Positions 19,156-27,776 of a stretch of DNA of 64,000 bases are shown here, in pieces. Source of the DNA: a virus. Taxonomy: Duplodnaviria > Heunggongvirae > Uroviricota > Caudoviricetes. The position numbers were made by a program, and so were the translations under genes. The stretch lies in IMG/VR virus record IMGVR_UViG_3300015171_000003; one strand, given 5' to 3'. Below the pieces are notes generated by a model. The model was not told the origin of the DNA. It saw only the letters and a program-made list of their open reading frames with translations, and made no database searches. Position 1 is the stretch's first letter, and the number at the start of each line of letters is the position of its first letter.

Positions 19156-19415
19156 ACAAATTCATATTCCTTTGATCCATCTGAAAATAAAATAATTTTA
19201 ACATCTTTAAAATCGAAGCGAAACGTTTTTTCTGAAGCTACTGAATATGGACTATCTTTATGATATTTTATACTGGGCGAGACTTTTTTATCTCCATAAT
19301 AATATTTATCTAATTCATAATTTGCTATTACTTCATGTCCGCGTTTATCTATAGAAAAATCACAACTTTTTATAAATTCCCCAATTTTTACTTTATCCAT
19401 CATATATTTTATCAA
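19152..19415 (-). CDS. hypothetical protein
   Basis: 87-aa ORF. Confidence 0.35.
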   Translation of the reverse strand: MIKYMMDKVKIGEFIKSCDFSIDKRGHEVIANYELDKYYYGDKKVSPSIKYHKDSPYSVASEKTFRFDFKDVKIILFSDGSKEYEFV

Positions 19416-19480
19416 TTACTTCATAATCAATAATACGAGATTTGTTTAAATTTTCAAGTTATTTTATTAATCTTGTCAAA

Positions 19481-19501
19481 TCTAATCTAATCTAATCTAA
19501 T
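19481..19501. repeat. pentanucleotide microsatellite (ATCTA)x4 at the 3' end of 19492..19914
   Basis: aatctaatctaatctaatcta read directly from the sequence. Confidence 0.6.
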
Positions 19502-19914
19502 TCAGTAGTCGATGGTTTTTTATTGAAATCTGGGTAACAACACATACAGATCACATTATCAGAATCAGGTCTAAAATTTTTTGGAATGTTTTTTGTATTT
19601 TTATAAAAAGTAACATTAACTTTTGTTGATACTATTGATAAAAAAAGATAATCATGGTGAAGAGCATCATATAAAGTATTTACATGTCCTGCTGGGCGAC
19701 AACTATTTTTACTCAAAATTGTGAATACACGAAAGTAAGTTTTTCCTTCTTCACTACACCACGTTTTCTTATCGCAAACACATGAAATTAAAACCCATTT
19801 ATATTTTGGTTTCTTTTGTTTCAAATATTTCTCAACACCATTTTTAGCAAATACTTCTGCCTTTTTATATTTTTCAATAATTTCTGGACTTCTATTATCA
19901 ATTGTGTTGTACAT
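19492..19914 (-). CDS. hypothetical Cys-rich protein
   Basis: 140-aa ORF. Confidence 0.4.
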   Translation of the reverse strand: MYNTIDNRSPEIIEKYKKAEVFAKNGVEKYLKQKKPKYKWVLISCVCDKKTWCSEEGKTYFRVFTILSKNSCRPAGHVNTLYDALHHDYLFLSIVSTKVNVTFYKNTKNIPKNFRPDSDNVICMCCYPDFNKKPSTTELD

Positions 19915-19917
19915 TTT

Positions 19918-21162
19918 TTAATAACACTCAATCAAGTACTTAAGATTAATTTGATTTTCTTTATAAACAATCATTTCATCATTAAGAATACCAGAAATAT
20001 TTGGTTTAGCCCAACAAGAATGATATTTTCCACATTTTGGTAATGACTCACCATATTTTGGAATATATACATTACCCATTTCAATATCGGCCACAAATAA
20101 AAAGACATTATTAACTTTTGATTTTGACCAATATCCACAAGAATAATTTAATGATTTTGTAGAATCACTAGAAAAATACGCACCGTTTCCAAATAATTTT
20201 CCTGTAATATTTGCGGTAGATGGAGGAGAAATTTTTAATCCACTATTAAGAATCGAAAGAATATTAGCAACATTAGAACCATGCCATAATTCCATAATAT
20301 TTGATGGATTAATATTACATTCAGAAAAAGACTTCTTCATCTTATTAAGTTGAATTGTATAAATCTTTTTAATTTTCAAATGTTTAGAAGAATGATGTTC
20401 ATGCTTTTTAGTCTTTTCAAACTTAGTATTAATACGATTATATTCAGGAGAACTATTATCAAGAATATCCAAGGCGATATCCAAAAGAGAATCCTCCTGT
20501 TTTTTAGTAGAATCTGGTAATGGAGTTTTTGTAATAGTATTCCACGAAATTTCCAAGGAATCTAAAATATCCGACTGTTTCTTAATAAAATTCTTATCGC
20601 TGAACACACTTATATCAAATTTCTTCATCCCAAATGACTGTGGGACCAATCGGAGATATTGATTAACATCTTTTACCACAATCTTATTAAATAGATTGTC
20701 TAGGAGGCTCCTGGCTTCAGTAATAGAGTCTAACGTAATTATTCCCAATGGAGTTGTGAATAAATTGCTATTCTTATCATAAGAAATGTTTGTGGTAGAA
20801 ACAATATTATGAATATTTGTTTCAATTAGCAATTCAACAAGCTTATCAAGTTCTGAATTTTGAGAAGAAACCTTTTGCTTTACAATTTCTTTTAGATCCT
20901 TCTTTTGAATAGATACTGAAGAAATATTATCCTTAATTACTTTAAGTTCATGATACCCCTTTTTAATCTTTTCCTTAATCTTTTTTTCAAGAAAACGTTC
21001 GCCTCCGCGAGATGAATCATAAGTTTCGGTTTGTCCAGAATATCCTACACGACCATATTCAACATCAATCTTACCATCATCATGTAAAATAGCATTCCAA
21101 TACTTGTTGTGATTCGAATCAACATCCGAATTGATCAACTTAATTTCTCGCAAAATACTCAT
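19918..21162 (-). CDS. PARP-like protein: WGR domain plus poly/mono(ADP-ribose) polymerase catalytic domain
   Basis: N-terminus EYGRVGYSGQTE (WGR-like). C-terminus LWHGSNVANILSILNSGL...GKLFGNGAYFSSDSTKS...DEMIVYKENQINLKYLIE matches the PARP H-G-S / G-x-FGxGxYF / NEYIVY pattern. Confidence 0.6.
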   Translation of the reverse strand: MSILREIKLINSDVDSNHNKYWNAILHDDGKIDVEYGRVGYSGQTETYDSSRGGERFLEKKIKEKIKKGYHELKVIKDNISSVSIQKKDLKEIVKQKVSSQNSELDKLVELLIETNIHNIVSTTNISYDKNSNLFTTPLGIITLDSITEARSLLDNLFNKIVVKDVNQYLRLVPQSFGMKKFDISVFSDKNFIKKQSDILDSLEISWNTITKTPLPDSTKKQEDSLLDIALDILDNSSPEYNRINTKFEKTKKHEHHSSKHLKIKKIYTIQLNKMKKSFSECNINPSNIMELWHGSNVANILSILNSGLKISPPSTANITGKLFGNGAYFSSDSTKSLNYSCGYWSKSKVNNVFLFVADIEMGNVYIPKYGESLPKCGKYHSCWAKPNISGILNDEMIVYKENQINLKYLIECY

Positions 21163-21200
21163 ATATTATAAACTATCACATTTTATAATAAATGCAAGAA

Positions 21201-21482
21201 CTATTTTTTAAAAAGTAATTTAATCAAACAAAAAATTAAAAAAGCAATGGCACAAACAATTATTCCAATAATAACTGCTAAAATAAAAAATGATATTATT
21301 AAGAATATTATCAAACAAACTATAGCTGAAACTGCAATTGGTAAATATAACATTAATGTTGCCCAAAACCATGACATTGAAGTATATCCTAACAATTTTG
21401 CAATTAAAACTCCTATTGCAATCGCCCAATATAAAAATGGGACCATAGAACGATCTTTAATTACAATTGTTTCTTTTTCCAT
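21201..21482 (-). CDS. small multi-TM membrane protein
   Basis: 93 aa, almost entirely hydrophobic. Confidence 0.4.
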   Translation of the reverse strand: MEKETIVIKDRSMVPFLYWAIAIGVLIAKLLGYTSMSWFWATLMLYLPIAVSAIVCLIIFLIISFFILAVIIGIIVCAIAFLIFCLIKLLFKK

Positions 21483-21485
21483 AAA

Positions 21486-21785
21486 TTATTTTCTTTTTTC
21501 TGGTTCTCCACAGTAAATACAAAACTCATGCATGTCATCTGATTTTTCATATTCACAATATTTTTTTGGAGAATTTTTACACCAATAACCTTTCCCATCG
21601 CCACAAATAAAACAAATACACGAACAATTGTATTTATAAACTTTTAAACAAAAACAACTATGCTTAGCATTATATAAATTTTTCTCTCCTTGTGTAATTT
21701 GTGTTTTTAAATTTAAAATTAATGTTTGTAAATGATGTTCATTTTCTTCCAATTCAGGAAGTTCTTGGTTTTTTAAGATGTTCAT
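21486..21785 (-). CDS. Cys-rich small protein
   Basis: 99 aa with many Cys pairs (CSCICFICGDGKGYWC). Confidence 0.4.
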   Translation of the reverse strand: MNILKNQELPELEENEHHLQTLILNLKTQITQGEKNLYNAKHSCFCLKVYKYNCSCICFICGDGKGYWCKNSPKKYCEYEKSDDMHEFCIYCGEPEKRK

Positions 21786-21824
21786 AAAACAATATTATAA
21801 TAATTTAAAGATAATTGCAACTTA

Positions 21825-22211
21825 TTATAATTTAAAGAATGAATATATTTGACCCAAAACAGTATTAAAATTTTGACAGTGAACACCTTTAATAACAATT
21901 GTTGGTGCATAAACAGGTTCTTTATCTAAAAATAATCCATCTACCTTTTCAACATCGGGGAATACAAAATCATCAGCAAAATCTAATAAACCTTGCTTTT
22001 TATACTTTTTATAATAAAAATCTCTTTTATCCTTATTACAGAAATATAATATTTCATAATTTAATCTAGATTTTACTATGAGTGTCAACAATCTTAGAGA
22101 CAAAGGTTCTGTTGGCTTATTAACCAATGATGCTTTAATTAAAATCGTGTGTGGGATTGATCCCATATATATTAAATATGGGAATATAAACATTAAATCC
22201 TTATTTACCAA
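21825..22211 (-). CDS. hypothetical protein
   Basis: 128-aa ORF. Confidence 0.4.
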   Translation of the reverse strand: MVNKDLMFIFPYLIYMGSIPHTILIKASLVNKPTEPLSLRLLTLIVKSRLNYEILYFCNKDKRDFYYKKYKKQGLLDFADDFVFPDVEKVDGLFLDKEPVYAPTIVIKGVHCQNFNTVLGQIYSFFKL

Positions 22212-22250
22212 AAGATAAATAAGGATTTAATGTTAGATATTTATAACAAT

Positions 22251-22499
22251 TTATACTGATCCAGAAACCGAAACTAATCCACTAACAGTAGTTGACCCAC
22301 TCACAACTGAACCACTATGTTCATGTTTATTAGAACCAGAATGATGTAAAAAAGCTCCTACTTCACTAACAAGATTCTTAACTTCATTCACCAATAAACC
22401 CGCTTCTTTTTCCACTGCTACAACACTTTTAGAAACAATTGTTTCCACTTCATTTACTACATTTGACATATTTTTCTCCTGATTTATTTTTGACTTCAA
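22251..22499 (-). CDS. small Ser/Gly/Val-rich protein
   Basis: 82 aa with a low-complexity C-terminus SGSTTVSGLVSVSGSV. Confidence 0.35.
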   Translation of the reverse strand: MKSKINQEKNMSNVVNEVETIVSKSVVAVEKEAGLLVNEVKNLVSEVGAFLHHSGSNKHEHSGSVVSGSTTVSGLVSVSGSV

Positions 22500-22583
22500 T
22501 TTATATATACAATTGAAAATTTATAAAATACTAATTATATTACTTATCTATATTTTTTGCTTTGCTATTATCTACCGGTTGAG

Positions 22584-22606
22584 GACAAGAGAGCCCATAG
22601 GTCTTT
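22584..22606 (+). repeat. IS left-end subterminal hairpin (8-bp stem, 7-nt loop)
   Basis: Seen directly; the loop tctttag is identical to the right-end hairpin loop. Confidence 0.75.
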
Positions 22607-22678
22607 AGCCTATGGGATGAATTGTCCACTTTTAAAGTAATCATATTATTATAATTTTCAAATAAATCAAGAAAATTT

Positions 22679-23095
22679 TTATCCACCTTGATTTTTTATG
22701 TAGTTTTCTATCATTTTATCACATGCATCTCCAACAGAACAAACAAAGTAACCATCACTCCAAAATGTATTTTCTTTCCAGAAATGTTTCTTCAATAAAA
22801 TTTTATTAGTTTTCCATATTTGATAAGTACTTTGTTGTTTTAATTTCCTGATTATTTGGGTAATAGAAATCTTAGGATCATAACTAATTAATAAATGTAT
22901 ATGATTCGTTTCACTTTTAACTATTTCTATCAAAAAATCTCCTTTTATTAAATAAAAAGAATTAATTATTGTTTCATCTATTGTTTTGTACCTCAATAAC
23001 GGTTTTCTATATTTTATTGTCAAAATTATATGAGCTTTCATCAAAAATCTCCTTCTGTTTTTAGTAAAATACTTATTTTTATCACTTATTTTCAT
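22679..23095 (-). CDS. tnpA: IS200/IS605 Y1 (HuH) transposase TnpA
   Basis: HuH motif HIHLLIS, catalytic Tyr context STYQIW, and a length of 138 aa typical of IS200 TnpA. Confidence 0.8.
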   Translation of the reverse strand: MKISDKNKYFTKNRRRFLMKAHIILTIKYRKPLLRYKTIDETIINSFYLIKGDFLIEIVKSETNHIHLLISYDPKISITQIIRKLKQQSTYQIWKTNKILLKKHFWKENTFWSDGYFVCSVGDACDKMIENYIKNQGG

Positions 23096-23169
23096 ACTTT
23101 TTAAATTATTTTAACATTTTATATAGATTTCTCAATTAATTATACTAAATAACTATTATAGTAGATTAT

Positions 23170-24465
23170 ATGAAGTTAGAAAATCAAAGAATTTTAACAA
23201 AGAAAACCACGGCACTCCGAAGGAGTTCCATGGATGTTAAATGCTTTGAAACTAAAATTATAGAAAATAAATTGAAGAATAACCAATATAATAAATTAAA
23301 AGAAATCTATAAACAAGCAAAATATCTAGCTAATGATATTATTGGTTCTGATGATATCTTCGCTTACGATACTAAAATTAAACAAGTTAAAGTTCAATGG
23401 ACAGATAAAGATGGTGTTGAACAATCAGAGTTTAGAACCATTGAAGATCTAAATGCTCAAGTTAAACAATCTATTTTAACTGGTATCATTACTGATATAT
23501 GTAACTTAGCTAAAGCTAAGAAAAAAGGATTGAAAATAGGCAAATTGAAGTTTAAAAAAGAAATTGTTTTATTGAATTTTAAACAATATAAAGGTAATTG
23601 GTATATTAAATCTGGTAATAACCAACTACACCTAGCTGGTTTAGGTAAAATTAAAGTCTCAGGATTAGATCAACTCCCGAAGAATGTTACGGAATTTGGC
23701 CCTGCTAAATTAATCAGAAAACCCTCCGGTTACTACGTTCAAATAACATGTTACTCTAATAAACCAGAATTACCACAAATTAAAGAAGAAATTAATTCAA
23801 CAAATATAATTGGAATAGATATGGGTATTAAAGACCATATTGTTCTATCTAATGGGGAAAAATATAATTTTAATTATGATATTAAAAAGATTCAAAAGAG
23901 TCATCAAGAATTAAGTAGAAAAGTAAAAGGAAGTAAAAATAGATATAAACAATTATGGAGATTAAAGAAAAAATATGAAGAATTAATGAATAAGAAAGTT
24001 AATGATACTAACCAGTTTGTTAGTGATTTAACAAAGAGATTTAAATTAATATGTGTTCAAGATGAAAACATTAGAGGATGGAAAAGTGGTCTGTTTGGAA
24101 AACAGGTTCATGGATCAATATTAGGTAGGATAAAAAGCAAGCTTAATAAGCTTAGTACTACTTTAATTGTACCAATGAATAAACCAACTACTAAATTATG
24201 TCCTAAATGTGAGAAATTAAACATATTAAGTTTAAGTGATAGAACATATGAATGTAGTTGTGGATTTAAAGAGGATAGAGATATTAAATCAGCAAGAACA
24301 ATAGTTTGTATGGCTTTAAACAATTATGTACCTACGGAACGTAGGGAATTTACGCCTGTGGAGATTTTAACCTCTGGTTTAACTGATAAGTATGAACTAC
24401 TTTTTAGTGAAGCTAAGTTAGAATTGTTGAAACAGGAAGCCCATGAGTCTTTAGCTCATGGGTAG
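23170..24465 (+). CDS. tnpB: TnpB (OrfB_IS605) RuvC-like RNA-guided-nuclease family protein, apparently intact
   Basis: RuvC-I IIGIDMGIKD, RuvC-II LICVQDENIRGW, RuvC-III DRDIKSARTI, and zinc finger CPKCEKLN...YECSCG; the C-terminal codons are encoded by the right-end hairpin. Confidence 0.85.
   Translation: MKLENQRILTKKTTALRRSSMDVKCFETKIIENKLKNNQYNKLKEIYKQAKYLANDIIGSDDIFAYDTKIKQVKVQWTDKDGVEQSEFRTIEDLNAQVKQSILTGIITDICNLAKAKKKGLKIGKLKFKKEIVLLNFKQYKGNWYIKSGNNQLHLAGLGKIKVSGLDQLPKNVTEFGPAKLIRKPSGYYVQITCYSNKPELPQIKEEINSTNIIGIDMGIKDHIVLSNGEKYNFNYDIKKIQKSHQELSRKVKGSKNRYKQLWRLKKKYEELMNKKVNDTNQFVSDLTKRFKLICVQDENIRGWKSGLFGKQVHGSILGRIKSKLNKLSTTLIVPMNKPTTKLCPKCEKLNILSLSDRTYECSCGFKEDRDIKSARTIVCMALNNYVPTERREFTPVEILTSGLTDKYELLFSEAKLELLKQEAHESLAHG
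24440..24462 (+). repeat. IS right-end subterminal hairpin (8-bp stem, 7-nt loop) overlapping the tnpB stop
   Basis: Seen directly; it mirrors the left-end hairpin. Confidence 0.75.
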
Positions 24466-24605
24466 TTCACTATTAATTCAATGTGCGTGTAATTTTTCTT
24501 CATTGTACAATCTTACAACAAAAAATAAAAACTAACAACTTATTTTAATATTAAAAAGAAAATCTTTGGTTAATATAAAATCAACCAAAGATCATGTTTA
24601 ATAAT

Positions 24606-24755
24606 TTATAAAGGTCTTTGGCCAGAAATAACTCTGACCAAAATCATCACTATTGCGATGACAAGAAGTAGGTGGACAAATCCTCCGATTAGAGTTCCTG
24701 TGATAAGTCCTAGTAACCACAAGATAAGTAGAATAATAGCAATTGTATATAACAT
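24606..24755 (-). CDS. small hydrophobic membrane peptide (49 aa)
   Basis: Hand-translated MLYTIAIILLILWLLGLITGTLIGGFVHLLLVIAIVMILVRVISGQRPL; it is below the ORF-track cut-off. Confidence 0.3.
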   Translation of the reverse strand: MLYTIAIILLILWLLGLITGTLIGGFVHLLLVIAIVMILVRVISGQRPL

Positions 24756-24814
24756 AATTTTTAGTTAGTTGCGTTGTTTTTAAATTTATTAAAACAACAA
24801 TTTATTTTTAAATA

Positions 24815-24849
24815 TTTTGTTCATCAATTATTATAGTTGATGAACAAAA
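24815..24849. terminator. 13-bp perfect inverted repeat (9-nt loop) between the IS right end and the convergent minus-strand genes
   Basis: ttttgttcatcaa-ttattatag-ttgatgaacaaaa; it is positioned as a bidirectional terminator. Confidence 0.4.
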
Positions 24850-24870
24850 ATTAATTCGAAACATAGAATA

Positions 24871-25056
24871 TTATTCTACATATTCTCGCACAATTGATTT
24901 TGATTTTCTTCCACGGTAATAAATTCCATCATCTTGATCATTCTCATTAATTCCATAGATATAATCTCGAATTCTTTTATTTTTATTACTGATTTTATCT
25001 GTATATTTAGGCCATTGTATATTAGTCATATGTTTTGTTTTTCTTTGTGAGGTCAA
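24871..25056 (-). CDS. hypothetical protein
   Basis: 61-aa ORF. Confidence 0.35.
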   Translation of the reverse strand: MTSQRKTKHMTNIQWPKYTDKISNKNKRIRDYIYGINENDQDDGIYYRGRKSKSIVREYVE

Positions 25057-25147
25057 GGTTATTCCAAGTTCACAACAATAATCATATGATATATGAAAGA
25101 ATATATCAATGGGGTGTATACCCTATCTTAATAAAATTGATATTGCA

Positions 25148-25432
25148 TTAGTCGTTATCAGGAACATAATGTCCCTGAATATTTTCTATTGCATATCTAT
25201 TTGGAACAAAAATTGTATTATCTGGTTGGGTAATTAAACAACCATCTTTATAACCTATAACTTCTTCATCTGGAAAAGTTACAACAAAAGGCTTATCATT
25301 GACAAACACTCTACCATGTTTAACAGAAACTTTATCATTTTTAGTTAGTTTGGTTGATGCAAAAGTTTCACCTTCTGCTTTTGTGAATTCAGAAAGAACT
25401 TGTTCTAAAATTCTTTTTAAACTGATTTTCAC
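25148..25432 (-). CDS. hypothetical protein
   Basis: 94-aa ORF. Confidence 0.4.
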   Translation of the reverse strand: MKISLKRILEQVLSEFTKAEGETFASTKLTKNDKVSVKHGRVFVNDKPFVVTFPDEEVIGYKDGCLITQPDNTIFVPNRYAIENIQGHYVPDND

Positions 25433-25434
25433 TA

Positions 25435-25941
25435 TTATTTAATAACATTTCTTTGTTTGATACACTGTCCTAATGTATAAAACCCTCCATGCTTTTTGAT
25501 ATGAGATACTTTATAAAACAATGCTCTATCTTTTCTAACAATAATAATATCATCTCCATTTATAATAACTGGAAATTTACATTCGTCATCAGTAAAAGAA
25601 TCTTGGCGCAATCTATTTACAAAATCTTCTTCAGTCTTAAATTCTTGAAAAGTTCTTTTCCATATAGGAGTGCTGTCTTCATTAACTTCTCTTAATAATT
25701 CAGATACTACATCTTTTAATTTAATTTTGGGAGACTCGGCTATATTTTGGTTATTAGAAACATAATATGTATATGTATCGCTTCCCATATTTTCCATAGA
25801 AGCACATTTTTCTGCTTCATCTCTTGTTGAAAATGAATTTATTATTCTTTTATAATCACCTTTATATTCAATAACTTTATATTTCTTGTCTAATGTGACT
25901 GCCTCAGAAATTTTATCTGGATTTATTTGTTTGTTATTCAT
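25435..25941 (-). CDS. hypothetical protein
   Basis: 168-aa ORF. Confidence 0.45.
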   Translation of the reverse strand: MNNKQINPDKISEAVTLDKKYKVIEYKGDYKRIINSFSTRDEAEKCASMENMGSDTYTYYVSNNQNIAESPKIKLKDVVSELLREVNEDSTPIWKRTFQEFKTEEDFVNRLRQDSFTDDECKFPVIINGDDIIIVRKDRALFYKVSHIKKHGGFYTLGQCIKQRNVIK

Positions 25942-26144
25942 GATCTATTAAATCCTTTAAGATAACCTTCAATAAAAATTTGTATTAGGCAATTTCTAGT
26001 TACGTTATAATTAATATCATTTTTTGGAAAGTACATGTTAAAATAATCATTTGCTTCTTTTTCTAATTCATTGCAATCAACTTTTTGAATTCCTTCCATA
26101 ACTTTAATATCAGTATTCACTTTCACCAATAACCTCATTAACAA
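25938..26144 (-). CDS. hypothetical protein
   Basis: 68-aa ORF. Confidence 0.3.
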   Translation of the reverse strand: MLMRLLVKVNTDIKVMEGIQKVDCNELEKEANDYFNMYFPKNDINYNVTRNCLIQIFIEGYLKGFNRS

Positions 26145-26643
26145 TATCCTTCATTGATATTTTGCCCTCGTGTGTTTCTTTGGGATTTAATTGAGCATCT
26201 ATTTCAACTAATGATTTTGCAAGCATCATTGTTACTTTTGAAGAAATAATACTTACAATACCTTTATAATCTTTATCTTTAAGTAATTTTATAGCATGTG
26301 TTAAATTAACTAAAAGCTCCCTTTCAATAGAAGAAAATCTTAAAACACCATATCCATTAATATATACTTCTGGATTCTTAGGATCTGAAGTTACTTTATT
26401 GATAACTGCTGTCGTATGATCTTCATTAGATTCATGTAATTCATCAATCATATCCTTCATTGATATTTTACCTTCATCTTTTTTATCCTTTTTTTGAGAA
26501 GGAGGAACTGAATCTAATCCTTTTTTATCTAAGACTATAACATGTGTATTTTTAGGAGCATCTGCATACACCTTTCCTTGTTTTTTCGCGTCGTGAGATT
26601 TGTTGTATGGATCGTAGATTACTTTATAATATTTTTTGCTCAT
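26110..26643 (-). CDS. hypothetical protein with an internal duplicated motif
   Basis: (D/H)EGKISMKD(M/I)(I/V)(D/N)E(L/V) occurs twice within the protein. Confidence 0.4.
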   Translation of the reverse strand: MSKKYYKVIYDPYNKSHDAKKQGKVYADAPKNTHVIVLDKKGLDSVPPSQKKDKKDEGKISMKDMIDELHESNEDHTTAVINKVTSDPKNPEVYINGYGVLRFSSIERELLVNLTHAIKLLKDKDYKGIVSIISSKVTMMLAKSLVEIDAQLNPKETHEGKISMKDIVNEVIGESEY

Positions 26644-26658
26644 GGGAATAAATATACA

Positions 26659-27045
26659 TTAACCATTTAATAATTGTTTTTTTGAAACAAAATTTTGTTT
26701 AGCTTCTTCTCTAATCCCCATTTTCTTTTTAATCATCTCTAAAGTGGCTTTTGGCGACATCCTACCAATTGGAGGACATATTAAATTATACTTCATACAA
26801 AATTCTTGTAATTCAATATAATCATTAGCATCATAATTTATAACTTCTGGCAATTTATCCTCTAAAGGATTTACCCCAGAGTGTTTCCTTTTAACCATCA
26901 TTGCATGAATAGGATCATTTTCAATTGGTTGAATCTGTCCTGTTAGTTGATTCATTAAACTTGATGCCCCTGCTCCATGTTTTAATGAATTAGTATTCAT
27001 AATATTCATTGAGGGATATTCATTATAATCGGTAGAATTCTGCAT
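26659..27045 (-). CDS. hypothetical protein
   Basis: 128-aa ORF. Confidence 0.4.
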   Translation of the reverse strand: MQNSTDYNEYPSMNIMNTNSLKHGAGASSLMNQLTGQIQPIENDPIHAMMVKRKHSGVNPLEDKLPEVINYDANDYIELQEFCMKYNLICPPIGRMSPKATLEMIKKKMGIREEAKQNFVSKKQLLNG

Positions 27046-27087
27046 GTTAATTGAAGTTTTGTGGGTTAATAGGTAGAATTGTGCGTG

Positions 27088-27774
27088 TTAAGTAATTTTT
27101 AAGAAAGTATCCAAATCATTTACTCTGTTTAGCCATCCATCCAAATACCTTACATCAGTACTATTATTATTTGCTAGTCTTTTATAAAAAGATCTTCTTA
27201 AATTATTATATTCCTTTGGAGAACTTGCTGATAAAAACTGTTTTGCCCTTGTTGGTCCGGCATTAATCTGACAATCTAAATAACAATACACCAATGGATC
27301 AGATAATGTTGAACATAATGATAATTTATAATTGTTATTCCAATAAATAGACATTGCTTGTTCTGCCGTTAAATTTTTAATATAATCAATTGCTTGATCC
27401 ATTGTAAATCCATATGTAGCTTTTAAAAAATCATAATTTCCACTAATATCAATTCCTCGCATAGTCCAACTACCATTATCATTTGGGTCATGTTCTACAA
27501 CTACATATTTTTCATCTCCCCAATGTCCTTTAGCATAGGAATTCTCATGTGGAAATACAAAGTTTGTTATAAAATTTTCAAATGAATCAGGCCAAGGATT
27601 TTTGGGAACTATTGGAACAATTGGTAAAGTAACTGTTTTTGGAGTTGTATTGGTACTCGGCGCAACATTTTGTATTGGTTGAATGGATGATACAGGAGCC
27701 TGTTGTATTTGTTGTACAACAGGTAATTGTTTCGGTGTTTCTTTTTTACTAAACCAAGAAAATATTTTCCACAT
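27088..27774 (-). CDS. GH108-family muramidase-like endolysin with a Pro/Gln-rich N-terminal region
   Basis: FPHENSYAKGHWGDEKYVVVEHDPNDNGSWTMRGI...LTAEQAMSIYWNNNYK...DCQINAGPTRAKQFL matches the GH108 pattern HEGGYxxDPxDxGGxTxxGIT...LTxxxAxxIYxxxYW...NxGxxxAxKxLQ. Confidence 0.55.
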   Translation of the reverse strand: MWKIFSWFSKKETPKQLPVVQQIQQAPVSSIQPIQNVAPSTNTTPKTVTLPIVPIVPKNPWPDSFENFITNFVFPHENSYAKGHWGDEKYVVVEHDPNDNGSWTMRGIDISGNYDFLKATYGFTMDQAIDYIKNLTAEQAMSIYWNNNYKLSLCSTLSDPLVYCYLDCQINAGPTRAKQFLSASSPKEYNNLRRSFYKRLANNNSTDVRYLDGWLNRVNDLDTFLKIT

Positions 27775-27776
27775 AA

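Larger units (their letters stand above)
22560..24485 (+). mobile_element. IS200/IS605-family insertion sequence (divergent tnpA and tnpB) with left-end and right-end subterminal hairpins
   Basis: Y1/HuH tnpA (minus) plus RuvC/Zn-finger tnpB (plus). Both ends carry near-identical imperfect palindromes: left end cccatagg-tctttag-cctatggg at 22584-22606, right end cccatgag-tctttag-ctcatggg at 24440-24462. These sit in direct repeats of about 50 nt (ttgaRgacaRgaagcccat...). Confidence 0.8.

Noticed and set aside
21786-21840. Duplicated 16-nt AT-rich motif (tattataat(a)atttaaaga x2) upstream of 21486..21785, considered as a tandem promoter element
   Set aside because: In a 25% GC genome such short AT-only near-repeats arise by chance. 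No recurrence upstream of other genes was found in a partial scan, so it is recorded but not claimed.
22506-22535. 7-bp inverted repeat ttcaatt-tatatatac-aattgaa just left of the IS left end, considered as an additional IS end or operator
   Set aside because: It is short, AT-only, and lies outside the direct repeats of about 50 nt that contain the left-end and right-end hairpins. It is more likely chance or part of the promoter of 22251..22499.
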